NCBI GenBank assembly: GCA_043811535.1
Contig: JBDRNC010000035.1
Location: 32,001 to 96,000, forward strand
Source of the DNA: Elusimicrobiota bacterium
Lineage (GTDB): Bacteria; Elusimicrobiota; Endomicrobiia; Endomicrobiales; JBDRNC01
Direction: 5' to 3'
Length of the DNA stretch: 64,000 bases
A program made the position numbers and the translations under genes. Shown in pieces: positions 9,679-19,461 of this stretch. Position 1 is the stretch's first letter. Each line of letters begins with the position of its first letter. The notes under the pieces are model-generated. The model ran no database searches, was not told where the DNA came from, and worked only from the letters and a program-made list of their open reading frames with translations.

Positions 9679-9712
9679 GCCGTCCGGCGCCGGACGGCAT
9701 AAAAGGCAAGTT
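9679..9712. repeat. Perfect 20-bp palindrome followed by an ATAAAAGGCAAGTT tail (degenerate member of the hairpin-CATAAGGCAA family)
   Basis: GCCGTCCGGCGCCGGACGGC at 9679-9698 is self-complementary. Confidence 0.55.
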
Positions 9713-9753
9713 ACAAAGGCGTAGCTCCCCCTAGCGTGCGAAAAGAGGCTAAC

Positions 9754-11343
9754 ATGACGACAAAATACATTTTTGTCACCGGGGGAGTGGTTTCTTCGCT
9801 CGGGAAAGGAATAACTGCTGCATCGCTTGGAAGGATGTTGAAGAGCCGCGGTCTCAGGGTGAACATGCTCAAGTTCGATCCGTACCTGAACGTGGATCCG
9901 GGTACGATGTCCCCTTACCAGCACGGGGAAGTATTCGTTACGGTAGACGGGGCCGAAACAGATCTTGATTTGGGCCATTACGAAAGGTTCCTTGACCAGC
10001 AGATGAAAAAAGTCAACAATGTCACGTCCGGACAGATATACGAGACCGTGATATCCGCTGAACGGCGCGGCGATTACCTGGGAAAAACGATTCAAGTCGT
10101 ACCTCACATAACCAACGAGATAAAGAGCCGCATCAAGAAGCTCGCGGGCGGATATGACGTCGTGATAGTGGAAGTCGGGGGCACGGTAGGAGACATTGAA
10201 GGTTTGCCGTTCATTGAAGCCATAAGGCAGTTCAGGCTTGACGTTGGGAGGGGAAACGTCGTTTACGTGCACGTGACGCTTATCCCCTACATACGCGCTT
10301 CAGAGGAAATGAAAACGAAGCCGACGCAGCACAGCGTGATGAAACTCAGGGAGATAGGTATCCAGCCGCACTTTCTGATATGCCGCATGGAACGGAGCCT
10401 TACGGAAGAACTGAAAAACAAGATAGCGCTTTTTTGCAACGTTGAGCCCAGGTCCGTGATCGAAGAAAAAGACGTCGGTTCTTCCATATACGAGGTTCCG
10501 CTGCTGCTGCAGGACCAGAAACTGGACGAGATCATACTGGAGTATCTGCACTTTCGCGCCAGGAAGAAAAGTAATTTAAAGACATGGGCGAAGATGGTTG
10601 ATAATTTCCGTTTGCCGAAAGACAGCGTCAATATCGCGGTAGCCGGAAAATACACTGAACTCAAGGACGCGTACAAAAGCATCTGGGAAGCGCTTAAACA
10701 CGGAGGCGTCGCTAACCGGTCTTCCGTCGAGATCAAGTATGTAGACGTTGGAGGCGGCGATATTGAAAGCGAACTAGCCGGTATTGACGGGATACTTGTG
10801 CCGGGCGGGTTCGGTGACCGCGGGATCGAAGGAAAGATCAAGGTTATTAAATACGCCAGAGAAAAGAAAATACCGTTTTTCGGGATATGCCTTGGAATGC
10901 AGTGCGCGGTAATCGAGTTCGCCAGGAATGTATGCGGATGGAAGGACGCGAATTCCACGGAATTCAATCCAAGGACCAAATACCCGGTTATTGACATGAT
11001 GACGGCGCAGAAAAAGGTCTTCGCGAAAGGGGCGACTATGCGTCTCGGTCTTTATCCGTGTTCGGTCGCAAAGGGTACGGCAGCTTATGAGTCCTACGGT
11101 AAGGCCCTTGTCCGCGAAAGACACCGTCACCGTTATGAATTGAACAACAAATTCAAGGAGCGCTTGCTGAAGAACGGGATGGCCGTGTCAGGTGTTTACA
11201 GGAACGGGAATCTCGCAGAAATGATCGAGCTGAAAAATCATCCGTGGTTCGTCGGCGTGCAGTTCCATCCTGAGTTCCAGTCAACTCCGATGAACCCGCA
11301 CCCGTTGTTTACGAGTTTTATCAAGGCGTCGCTCAGGTACTAA
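9754..11343 (+). CDS. pyrG: CTP synthase
   Basis: [47 protein letters not shown]. Confidence 0.98.
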   Translation: MTTKYIFVTGGVVSSLGKGITAASLGRMLKSRGLRVNMLKFDPYLNVDPGTMSPYQHGEVFVTVDGAETDLDLGHYERFLDQQMKKVNNVTSGQIYETVISAERRGDYLGKTIQVVPHITNEIKSRIKKLAGGYDVVIVEVGGTVGDIEGLPFIEAIRQFRLDVGRGNVVYVHVTLIPYIRASEEMKTKPTQHSVMKLREIGIQPHFLICRMERSLTEELKNKIALFCNVEPRSVIEEKDVGSSIYEVPLLLQDQKLDEIILEYLHFRARKKSNLKTWAKMVDNFRLPKDSVNIAVAGKYTELKDAYKSIWEALKHGGVANRSSVEIKYVDVGGGDIESELAGIDGILVPGGFGDRGIEGKIKVIKYAREKKIPFFGICLGMQCAVIEFARNVCGWKDANSTEFNPRTKYPVIDMMTAQKKVFAKGATMRLGLYPCSVAKGTAAYESYGKALVRERHRHRYELNNKFKERLLKNGMAVSGVYRNGNLAEMIELKNHPWFVGVQFHPEFQSTPMNPHPLFTSFIKASLRY

Positions 11344-11374
11344 CAGAGGTATTGTACGGGAATGGGAGAATAAC

Positions 11375-12202
11375 GTGAAAACCGTCGCTCTATCCAGATG
11401 GAATGTAAACATAGGCAATGCTGAGCCAATGGTTCTTTTCGCAGGCAACTGCGTCATAGAGGGAGAAAAACAGACCCTTGAAACGGCACGCAGACTCAAG
11501 CAGATTTCCGAAGAGCTTTCGATACCGCTTGTTTTCAAAGCGTCGTACGACAAAGCGAACAGGTCGTCTCTCAAATCCTACCGAGGGCCCGGGCTGAAAA
11601 AAGGATTGAAGATACTTTCAGCAGTAAAGAAAAGATACGGGCTTCCGCTGCTCGTAGACGTTCACAACCCATCCGAAGCGCGTCAAGTCGCGGAGGTAGC
11701 CGATGTACTGCAGATACCGGCGTTCCTTTGCCGCCAGACGGATCTTTTGACGGCATGCGCCAGGACGGGTCTTCCGGTGAACGTGAAAAAGGGCCAGTTC
11801 ATGGCTCCTGAAGACATGGAAAACGCCGTTAAGAAAATAGAGGTGTCCGGTAATAACAAAACCCTTCTAACTGAGCGCGGCTCAACGTTCGGATACCATA
11901 ACCTTGTTGTGGACATGAGATCGATAGAAATAATGAAAAAAACCGGTTGCCCGGTTATTTTTGATGCGACGCATTCGGTCCAGCTTCCCGGAGGTCTCGG
12001 GCGTTCTTCGGGAGGCCAGAGAAAATTCATAGGCACGCTCGCCAGAGCGGCTGTCGCGGCGGGTGTAGCGGGGATTTTTGTGGAAGTCCACGAAAATCCG
12101 GCCAAAGCGCTTTCCGACGGGCCGAATAGCCTGAAGATGAAAGACCTTCCTAGTATGCTTAAAACGCTGATAGGGATAGATAAATTAGTTAAAAGAGTCT
12201 GA
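11375..12202 (+). CDS. kdsA: KDO 8-phosphate synthase
   Basis: KASYDKANRSS, QIPAFLCRQTDL, NVKKGQF, FDATHSVQ, SDGPN. Confidence 0.97.
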   Translation: MKTVALSRWNVNIGNAEPMVLFAGNCVIEGEKQTLETARRLKQISEELSIPLVFKASYDKANRSSLKSYRGPGLKKGLKILSAVKKRYGLPLLVDVHNPSEARQVAEVADVLQIPAFLCRQTDLLTACARTGLPVNVKKGQFMAPEDMENAVKKIEVSGNNKTLLTERGSTFGYHNLVVDMRSIEIMKKTGCPVIFDATHSVQLPGGLGRSSGGQRKFIGTLARAAVAAGVAGIFVEVHENPAKALSDGPNSLKMKDLPSMLKTLIGIDKLVKRV

Positions 12203-12238
12203 ACCGCCATTGTTTATTGATAATTGTTAATATAAAAG

Positions 12239-12367
12239 GTGTTCAATACCCTTATGGGTATTTCGCGATAAGACAATTAAATAGAGACACTTTATAATAC
12301 GTGTTCAATACCCTTCGGGTATTTCACAAAAGGCAATTTAGTAAAAACACCTAAGGTGTTCAAGGAG
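12239..12367 (+). repeat. Two tandem 62-bp hairpin-module repeats ending in an RBS
   Basis: GTGTTCAATACCC-loop-GGGTATTTC at 12239 and 12301; a third GTGTTCAAGGAG at 12356; homologous to 46416-46521. Confidence 0.85.
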
Positions 12368-12373
12368 CTCAAT

Positions 12374-12631
12374 ATGAAATGTTTTAAATGCCAGGCCGAT
12401 AATAAGGACGGGTCAAAACTCTGCAGGAAATGCGGGGCAGATCTGTCTCCGCAGCCGCTATGGAGGCCTACCTGGAGATGGCATCTGAAAACATTGATGA
12501 TCATCTACGGAATACTGATAGTCGTGTTCTTCACGCTGAACGCGCTGCTTAAGCCGTACATGAGAAAAATTCCGGATGATATCACTCCCTGGCTGAATAA
12601 AATGCCGGCGCAGCAGCAGAAAGCGGGTTAG
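12374..12631 (+). CDS. Small zinc-ribbon protein with one TM helix
   Basis: CxxC-x10-CxxC (CFKC...CRKCG) then a hydrophobic helix; AAGGAG RBS. Confidence 0.75.
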   Translation: MKCFKCQADNKDGSKLCRKCGADLSPQPLWRPTWRWHLKTLMIIYGILIVVFFTLNALLKPYMRKIPDDITPWLNKMPAQQQKAG

Positions 12632-12634
12632 GCA

Positions 12635-13165
12635 ATGAAAAAGAATATAGCAGCGCTCGCAAGGAAGATAAAACTTATAGCGATGGATATCGACGGCGTT
12701 CTAACGGCCGGAGAAATGATTATCCTTAATTCGGGCGAAGAGATAAAGATATGGGACGTAAAGGACAGGCTGGGTTTTCATCTCATAAGACGCAGCGGCG
12801 CCGATATAAAATTCGCTTGGATAACCGGAAGGGGCTGCGAGCAGGTTGAAAAACGGGCGAACGAGATCGGGATTGATTTCCTTTATCAGGAATGCATGAA
12901 TAAAATGGATGCGGTCATGGAGATAATGAATAAAACTGGCTTAAAGCCCGGTGAAATAGCATATATAGGCGATGACCTGGTGGATGTCCCTGTGCTGAAA
13001 AACGTCGGTTTGGCGGTATGTCCGTCCGATGCGCCAGCCGAGCTTAAAAGGGAAGCGGATTACGTAAGCAAGATTGCAGGCGGCAGAGGTGTGTTCAGGG
13101 AAATTGCCGAGATCGTGCTGAAATCCCAGGGTTATTGGAAGAAAGCGACGAAAGACTTCATTTAA
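12635..13165 (+). CDS. kdsC: KDO 8-phosphate phosphatase (HAD)
   Basis: MDIDGVLT, ITGR, YIGDDLVD, GGRGVFRE. Confidence 0.93.
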   Translation: MKKNIAALARKIKLIAMDIDGVLTAGEMIILNSGEEIKIWDVKDRLGFHLIRRSGADIKFAWITGRGCEQVEKRANEIGIDFLYQECMNKMDAVMEIMNKTGLKPGEIAYIGDDLVDVPVLKNVGLAVCPSDAPAELKREADYVSKIAGGRGVFREIAEIVLKSQGYWKKATKDFI

Positions 13166-13210
13166 AACAAAACAAATAAATAAAATCCAATAACAAAATA
13201 CGGCTTACTA

Positions 13211-14119
13211 GTGAAAAAGATACGAAGAAACATCTATTATATTCTGGCGCTTATATTTTCGAAATTCGTGTTGTTTCTGCCTTATAAGCTTGCCGTAATG
13301 ACAGGCGCAATACTCGGAAACATCGCGTATCATCTGGTTTCAAAATCGCGCAGAATAACCGAAGACAATATCGCGCGGTCTTTCCCGGGTAAAAATGTCA
13401 ACGAGATAAAGGAGTTGGCGAAAAAGGTATTTGAAAACCAGGGAAAGAACCTCTTTGAACTGTTCTCTTTTCCAAAGCTCAACGCTTCCGAAATAAAAAA
13501 TATCGTAAGGATAGAGAATAGGGAAGCGATAGACAGCTGTTTTAAGAAGGGCAAGGGCATCCTGGTCGCGAGCGCGCACTGTGGCAATTGGGAAATGATC
13601 GGGGCGTCTTTCGCGGCATCCGGAATGCCGATGAACGCAATAGCAAAACGTATTTATATCGAAGGGCTCAACGACCTGCTTGTCAGTTACAGGAACAAGG
13701 TGGGATTCAAAGTGATACTTCGTTCCGGACGAAGCGCGGCCAGAGACATGCTGCGCAGTCTTAGGCATAATGAATGTCTTGGTATTCTTTTAGACCAGGA
13801 CACCGCCGTACCTGGAGTCTTCGTAGATTTTTTCGGGCGCCCCGCCTGGACACCTTCCGGGCTCGCAACGCTGGCTTTTAAAACAGGGGCAAGCGTAGTC
13901 CTTGTGGTTGACATTAGGCTGCCGGACGAAAGACACACCGTTAAAGTCATCGGCCCGATCGAAGTCAAAGGAACCGGAGATATTCAAAAAGATATTATGC
14001 GCCTTACTCAGCAGATAACATCAATGACCGAAGAACATATAAGGGAATATCCCGACCAGTGGGTATGGATGCATGAAAGATGGAAAACCTGCCCAGCGCA
14101 GGATGCCGGCGGAAAATAA
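13211..14119 (+). CDS. lpxL: Lipid A late acyltransferase (LpxL/HtrB family)
   Basis: SAHCGNWE, LLDQD, VDFFG, YPDQWVWMHERWK. Confidence 0.88.
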   Translation: MKKIRRNIYYILALIFSKFVLFLPYKLAVMTGAILGNIAYHLVSKSRRITEDNIARSFPGKNVNEIKELAKKVFENQGKNLFELFSFPKLNASEIKNIVRIENREAIDSCFKKGKGILVASAHCGNWEMIGASFAASGMPMNAIAKRIYIEGLNDLLVSYRNKVGFKVILRSGRSAARDMLRSLRHNECLGILLDQDTAVPGVFVDFFGRPAWTPSGLATLAFKTGASVVLVVDIRLPDERHTVKVIGPIEVKGTGDIQKDIMRLTQQITSMTEEHIREYPDQWVWMHERWKTCPAQDAGGK

Positions 14120-14123
14120 AATA

Positions 14124-14642
14124 ATGAATAAAATGGTTTTAATTCTTATATTGTCAGCGTTTATGCTGACCGCGTGCTCAAATATGGACAATCCGCTTAA
14201 GGAAGATTTGAGCAAGATCGGCCCCGAGCAGGAGATAGAGCAGTTCAATATAAAGGAAACCAAGGACGGAAAACCCAACTGGATCCTGAATGCAAAGACC
14301 GCGCAGATAATAGAATCCGAGCAAAAAGTGCTCCTGGACGCGCCTAAGATAGATTTCTTTCAGAAAGGCAAATACGTTTCCACCCTAATCTCCAAAAAAG
14401 GTCGGATAAACACCGAAACTTACGATATCTGGGGGGACGGCGACTGTCTTCTAACTACGACAAAGGGAGAAACGCTTAAAACGAAAAATCTGCATTACCG
14501 GTCCGATACGCAGAGGATCGTGACTGACGAAAAAGTCAGGCTTATCAGGCCTGATGAGGTTATTGACGGCGAGGGACTTGAAGCCACGCCCGACCTTGAA
14601 ATTATAAAGATAAAAAATCAGAAAGTCACTATGAATAAGTAA
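14124..14642 (+). CDS. lptC: LPS export periplasmic protein LptC (lipoprotein signal)
   Basis: Lipobox LTAC, beta-rich LptC-like body, position before lptA/lptB. Confidence 0.8.
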   Translation: MNKMVLILILSAFMLTACSNMDNPLKEDLSKIGPEQEIEQFNIKETKDGKPNWILNAKTAQIIESEQKVLLDAPKIDFFQKGKYVSTLISKKGRINTETYDIWGDGDCLLTTTKGETLKTKNLHYRSDTQRIVTDEKVRLIRPDEVIDGEGLEATPDLEIIKIKNQKVTMNK

Positions 14643-14649
14643 CCTTGAA

Positions 14650-15363
14650 ATGGAAAGAAACCCTTGTTCGCGCGCGTTCAAGCGCGTTTTGGCATTCATC
14701 ATAACTGCGACGGTGTGTTCAGGCGCAGCTTTCTGCGCGGATAAACCAAAAACAAGGATAACCGGCGGCTCGATGGAAATAATAAAGGGGGGGCAGCAGG
14801 TTATATTCCTGGACAGCGCGAAAGTCATCCGCGGTGAGAATGTCCTGATGGCGGAGAAGATAGTGCAGGATAAGAAGAATAACGTTGTCGAAGCGTACAC
14901 AAACGTTGTTTTTTCGGGTCTATCCGCGTCGGGAGAGGTCATAAACGGCGAAAGCGACAAAGCGCGTTACGACATGGACGCGGAGTTTGCGGAACTTTGG
15001 GACGGAAAGCCCAAGGTCACGTATTTCATGCGAGAATCAACGGGCCCGCTCGTGCTGCAGGCAGACAGGATCAACATGGATCAGGCCAAGGAACAGATAT
15101 CGGCGTACGGCAATGTTATAATAATCTCTTCATCAGGCACGGCGCGTTCCCCTCAGGCTCTTTTTCTTCAAAAAGAAAGAAAGATAGTGCTGACAGGGAT
15201 TCCACAGCCTCTCCTTCTGTACGGAGACAAAGGAAAAAGCGACAAGAGTGAGTATAAAGCGGATAAGATAACTTTCCTGCTGAACGAAAACAAGATACTG
15301 CTTGAAGGAAACGTTAAAGGCAAAATGGTATCATCAAAGGGTAAAAAGACGGAGAAGCGTTGA
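14650..15363 (+). CDS. lptA: LptA/OstA-like LPS transport protein
   Basis: Signal peptide, repeated beta-jellyroll-like segments (LQADRI, YKADKI..LEGNVKG); lies between lptC and lptB. Confidence 0.7.
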   Translation: MERNPCSRAFKRVLAFIITATVCSGAAFCADKPKTRITGGSMEIIKGGQQVIFLDSAKVIRGENVLMAEKIVQDKKNNVVEAYTNVVFSGLSASGEVINGESDKARYDMDAEFAELWDGKPKVTYFMRESTGPLVLQADRINMDQAKEQISAYGNVIIISSSGTARSPQALFLQKERKIVLTGIPQPLLLYGDKGKSDKSEYKADKITFLLNENKILLEGNVKGKMVSSKGKKTEKR

Positions 15364-15508
15364 AGCTCCCTGACTAAAGTTATTGTAATCTCGTTCTTTG
15401 CTGCGTCGGAGCTGAAAACTCCATTCTTCGGAGGACTTCGCGTCGCAGCGGAATCAAGCGTCGATTTCACTACATTGACAAACGATAAATTACGCGTAGG
15501 TGGATTAA

Positions 15509-16228
15509 ATGAAACTTAAAAGCAGTAATTTGAAGAAAAAGTACAAAAAGCGCATGGTTGTGGACGGGGTGAGCATAGAAGTGAACCAGGGCGAGATAGT
15601 TGGATTGCTCGGGCCCAACGGCGCGGGAAAGACCACGACTTTCTACATGACAGTGGGCCTTATCAAGCCGTTGGAGGGACAGGTTTCCATGGATGACAAG
15701 GATATCACTGAATGGCCTATGTTCATGAGGGCCCGGCTCGGAGTCGGGTACTTGCCGCAGGAACCGTCAATATTCAGGCGCATGACCGTAGAAGAAAACC
15801 TGCTGGCGATAATGGAAATGATTGACATTGACAAGAATGAAAAGGAGCGGAAGCTGGAGCAGCTGCTGGACGAACTTGGGCTGAAACACTTGAGGAGACA
15901 GCAGGCCGTGACGCTTTCCGGGGGGGAAAAGCGCCGTTGCGAGATAGCGAGAGCGTTAGTCAGCGACCCGAAATTTCTGCTTCTTGACGAACCTTTCGTA
16001 GGCATAGACCCGATAACCGTATCCGATATCCAGGCGATAATAGCGAGGCTGAAGAACAAGGGTCTGGGTATACTGATAACTGACCATAACGTCAGGGAAA
16101 CCCTGGAAATAATCGACAGGGCGTATATCATCTTTGAAGGCAAGATCCTTCTGGAAGGGGACGCAAAAAAGCTCCTTGAAAGCCCGGATGCCCGCAGGGT
16201 GTACCTCGGGGACAAGTTCAAGATGTGA
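15509..16228 (+). CDS. lptB: LPS export ABC transporter ATPase
   Basis: GPNGAGKTTTFYM, YLPQEPSIFR, LSGGEKRR, LLDEPF.GIDP, ITDHNVRETL. Confidence 0.97.
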   Translation: MKLKSSNLKKKYKKRMVVDGVSIEVNQGEIVGLLGPNGAGKTTTFYMTVGLIKPLEGQVSMDDKDITEWPMFMRARLGVGYLPQEPSIFRRMTVEENLLAIMEMIDIDKNEKERKLEQLLDELGLKHLRRQQAVTLSGGEKRRCEIARALVSDPKFLLLDEPFVGIDPITVSDIQAIIARLKNKGLGILITDHNVRETLEIIDRAYIIFEGKILLEGDAKKLLESPDARRVYLGDKFKM

Positions 16229-16368
16229 AGAGCTTCCCGGGCTTTACGATAGGGTATCAGCCCTTTCAGACATTTGGAGCGCGGAACCCCGCACCAAATG
16301 CCCTCAAAAACTATTCACCCAACGGGCTTACGCCCAGCGACATTCTGGCGCCCGGGCGAAACATGGCT
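16225..16368 (+). repeat. ~143-bp structured dispersed element, copy 1
   Basis: About 75% identical by manual alignment to the reverse complement of 27183-27324; shares GGAGCGCGGAACCCCGCACC and GGGCTTACGCCC exactly. Confidence 0.85.
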
Positions 16369-16376
16369 CTTGGAAT

Positions 16377-16405
16377 TTGAACAATTGCTTAAAATTTGAT
16401 ATAAA
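16377..16405 (+). promoter_or_regulatory. Putative sigma70 promoter for hpf-pts genes
   Basis: TTGAAC-17 bp-TATAAA with upstream TG. Confidence 0.45.
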
Positions 16406-16443
16406 GTAACAATGCTTTTCCGGGAAAGGAGAAACAAAGAACG

Positions 16444-16995
16444 ATGCAAATCAACATTGTGGCAAGGCATTTGGACCTGACCCCAGCAATATCCGAGTAT
16501 GTAAAAAAGAAAATTGAGAAATGCCAGCGATTTTTCGATAAATTGGTGTGGACGCAGGTAATACTTTCTGTGGAAAAGTACCGGCAGCTTGCGGAAATAA
16601 TAATGCACGCGGGCAGGGTCACTTTTCGCGCGAAGGAAGAATCGATAGACCTGTACGCGGCAATAGACCTGGCGGCTGATAAGATAGAAAAACAGCTGAA
16701 GAAACACAAGGAGATAACCAAGGTCCACAGGAAATCCAAGTCTTCTGTGTCAGTTTCCGGGAACACGAGAAGCATAAAACAGATAATAACGGTTTCCAAT
16801 GCCAGGACAGGCAAGCACTTGATAAGCGAAGTAAAGCGTTTTGACATAAAGCCGCTGTCCTTAAGCGAGGCGATAGATGAGATGGAGCTTTTCGGCTACA
16901 GTTTTTACATGTTCATGAACGCGGACTCTTCTCATATAAATGTCGTTTACGTCAGAGATAACGGAACTTACGGACTTTTAGAACCCGAAATATAA
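16444..16995 (+). CDS. hpf: Ribosome hibernation promoting factor (long HPF)
   Basis: MQINIVARHLDLTPAI..YV..KI, DLYAAID..ADKIEKQLKKHK, C-terminal S30AE domain. Confidence 0.93.
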   Translation: MQINIVARHLDLTPAISEYVKKKIEKCQRFFDKLVWTQVILSVEKYRQLAEIIMHAGRVTFRAKEESIDLYAAIDLAADKIEKQLKKHKEITKVHRKSKSSVSVSGNTRSIKQIITVSNARTGKHLISEVKRFDIKPLSLSEAIDEMELFGYSFYMFMNADSSHINVVYVRDNGTYGLLEPEI

Positions 16996-17014
16996 TGTTT
17001 TTTAATTGGAAAAT

Positions 17015-17081
17015 GTGCTCCCCCGCCAACGGCGGGGTCGTATGAGGCAGTTCAAAACAACTCATAAGGTACTCAAGGAGG
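17015..17081 (+). repeat. Single degenerate hairpin-module repeat ending in an RBS
   Basis: GTGCTC-CCCCGCC aac GGCGGGG-TCGTATGAGGCAGTTCAAAACAACTCATAAGGTACTCAAGGAGG; same layout as the 12.3 and 46.5 kb copies. Confidence 0.65.
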
Positions 17082-17091
17082 AACAAGACTG

Positions 17092-17550
17092 ATGAAAATT
17101 ATGGATTTCCTGAATCCGGAGGCTATCACGATCGATTTGAAGGCCCAGGATAAAAAAAGCGCGATAACCGAACTTGTAGAACTGCTGTCAAAATCAAAAA
17201 AATTAAAAAAACCGGGCGAGGTTATTGACGCAATACTCGAAAGGGAGAAGCTCGGATCGACGGGGATAGGGCAGGGTGTTGCCATACCGCACGGAAAGAC
17301 AAACGCCGTTTCCGAGCAAATAGGGGCGTTCGGTATCTCCCAAAAAGGCGTGGAGTTCAACTCGCTTGACGGCGAGCCGGTACATCTGATATTTCTTCTC
17401 GTGGGACCGGTTGAGGTTGCGGGGCAGCATCTTAAGGCGCTCGCCAGGATATCAAGATTATTCAAAGACAAATTTTTCAGGCAGGCCCTTAAAGACGCGA
17501 AATCTGTTGAAGAGATAGTGAAGATAATCGAAAAAGAAGACGAGTATTGA
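17092..17550 (+). CDS. ptsN: PTS EIIA, Ntr/fructose type
   Basis: EREKLGSTGIGQGVAIPHG, HLKALARISRL; follows hpf. Confidence 0.88.
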   Translation: MKIMDFLNPEAITIDLKAQDKKSAITELVELLSKSKKLKKPGEVIDAILEREKLGSTGIGQGVAIPHGKTNAVSEQIGAFGISQKGVEFNSLDGEPVHLIFLLVGPVEVAGQHLKALARISRLFKDKFFRQALKDAKSVEEIVKIIEKEDEY

Positions 17551-17609
17551 AGCTCTGCCCGATTTAAAGGTGGATTAAACGGTCGTTAACATAAAATAAA
17601 TAATAATTT

Positions 17610-18545
17610 ATGCCTGGTATAACAGTAAGCACTTTCCTTAAAGAGAAGTCTGAAGACTTGAAACTCAGCCTTCTCGCCGGGAAAGACGGTCTTAGTCGCG
17701 AGATAAACGTCTTTGAGATAAACCGGCCGGGACTCGCGCTGACCGGCTTCCTCGAGCATTTTCCCCAGAACAGGATACAGATCATCGGAGCGCTGGAACA
17801 TTCCTACCTGAATTCCATCCCGAAAGAAAAGCAAGCAGAATCGCTGAACAAGCTGCTTTCATTCAAGAGCGTTCCGTTTTTTATCATGACGAGAGGTCTT
17901 GATATAGACAAGCATGTGCACAAGGTATTTGACAAACACAATGTGCCGCTATTGCAGACATCTTTAAGGACATCCCAGCTTGTAAGTAATCTAATCTTTT
18001 ATCTTGAAGATAAACTCGCGGTTTCTACGAGAGCGCACGGCGTTCTTGTGAGCGTATACGGGCTCGGAGTCCTTATCGTGGGTAACGCGGGCATTGGAAA
18101 GTCGGAATGCGCGCTGGAACTTGTAAAGCGCGGACATATGCTCGTGGCTGACGACATAGTAGAGATAAGGAGAAGGTCAGGCGGGATACTGATGGGAAGG
18201 GGAGAGGAGATAATCAAGCATCATATGGAAGTAAGGGGGCTCGGAATAATAAATGTCCGGAGCCTTTTCGGAATAGGTTTTATTCTGGATGAATCGAGGA
18301 TTGAACTCTGCATCCGTCTTGAAGACTGGGATCCGTCGAAGGAATATGAAAGGGTCGGGCTCGAAGAAAGAACAACGACTGTTTTGGATGTCAAGATTCC
18401 GGAAGTCATCCTGCCTGTCAGGCCCGGACGCAACTTAGCGGTCCTCGTTGAAATCGCCAGTCTTAACCAGCGCCTGAAAAACCAGGGCCATTACACGGCG
18501 CAAGAACTTAATCAGCGCCTGATAAACGTTATGATGCAGCGCTGA
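17610..18545 (+). CDS. hprK: HPr kinase/phosphorylase
   Basis: NRPGLALTG, GIGKSECALEL..RGH.LVADD, MEVRGLGII, PVRPGRNLA. Confidence 0.96.
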   Translation: MPGITVSTFLKEKSEDLKLSLLAGKDGLSREINVFEINRPGLALTGFLEHFPQNRIQIIGALEHSYLNSIPKEKQAESLNKLLSFKSVPFFIMTRGLDIDKHVHKVFDKHNVPLLQTSLRTSQLVSNLIFYLEDKLAVSTRAHGVLVSVYGLGVLIVGNAGIGKSECALELVKRGHMLVADDIVEIRRRSGGILMGRGEEIIKHHMEVRGLGIINVRSLFGIGFILDESRIELCIRLEDWDPSKEYERVGLEERTTTVLDVKIPEVILPVRPGRNLAVLVEIASLNQRLKNQGHYTAQELNQRLINVMMQR

Positions 18546-18588
18546 CGCCGCGCAGAGCGAATCCTTCCTCAGTTCCAAATCAAATATT

Positions 18589-19461
18589 ATGACGACAAAA
18601 TTCTTTTTTATCACAGGTCTATCGGGGGCAGGGAAAAGCCAGGCGCTGAAAATACTGGAAGATTTCGGCTTTTTCAGCATAGATAACCTTCCGGTGGAGC
18701 TGCTACCGAAGTTCGCGGATATCTGCCTGCAGATGGGAGGGAAATTCAGGCGCGTAGCGCTCGGAATAGACGCGCGCGGCGGCAAGGACTCGCTTGATTC
18801 CCTGCGGATAGTCCTTGAAGACATAAGAAAAAAGGGCATAAGGCACAGCGTGCTGTTCTTTTCCGCCAACAATGAAAACCTGCTGCAGAGATATTCCGAA
18901 ACCAGGCGAAAGCACCCGCTCGGGAAAACGGTCATAGACGGTATCAAGAAGGAAAGGAAATTGATGGAGGATATTTTATCCCTGTCCGATAAGGAGATAG
19001 ACACCTCCAACCTGAATCTGGGCGAACTGAAAGAGGTTCTGGCGCGCCTGCTGGATATCTCCACGTCAAAGAATATTCTGGTGTCCGTAGTGTCGTTCGG
19101 CTATAAATACGGGATGCCTCCCGATGCGGACATTGTCATAGACGTGCGGTTCCTTCCGAACCCGAACTATATAAATTCTCTGAGACAGAAAACAGGCAAA
19201 GACGGCCAGGTGAAAAGATTCATAAAAAAACAAGCCGACACAAAGAAATTCTTCAGGAAATTCTTTCAATTGCTGGATTTCCTGCTCCCGTTGTACGTCA
19301 AGGAAGGGAAAAGCTATCTTACGATAGCTGTCGGCTGCACGGGAGGAAGGCACAGGTCCGTCACTGTGGCCGAGGCCACGGGCAGTTATCTGAGACATAA
19401 AGGTTATAATACTAAAATCGCCCACAGGGACATAATCTTTTCAAACGGATGCCATGCGTAA
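18589..19461 (+). CDS. rapZ: RNase adapter RapZ / YvcJ P-loop protein
   Basis: ITGLSGAGKS, IDNLP, SFGYKYG, DVRFLPNP, GCTGGRHRSV. Confidence 0.95.
   Translation: MTTKFFFITGLSGAGKSQALKILEDFGFFSIDNLPVELLPKFADICLQMGGKFRRVALGIDARGGKDSLDSLRIVLEDIRKKGIRHSVLFFSANNENLLQRYSETRRKHPLGKTVIDGIKKERKLMEDILSLSDKEIDTSNLNLGELKEVLARLLDISTSKNILVSVVSFGYKYGMPPDADIVIDVRFLPNPNYINSLRQKTGKDGQVKRFIKKQADTKKFFRKFFQLLDFLLPLYVKEGKSYLTIAVGCTGGRHRSVTVAEATGSYLRHKGYNTKIAHRDIIFSNGCHA

Noticed and set aside
16364..16382. sigma54 -24/-12 promoter (TGGC...TTGA) before hpf
   Set aside because: Spacing and the -12 element do not fit TGGCAC-N5-TTGC
1637..17577. AGGTGGATTA recurring at 1637, 15498 and 17568 as a regulator site
   Set aside because: Two of three copies are at RBS distance from a start codon and are explained as Shine-Dalgarno variants
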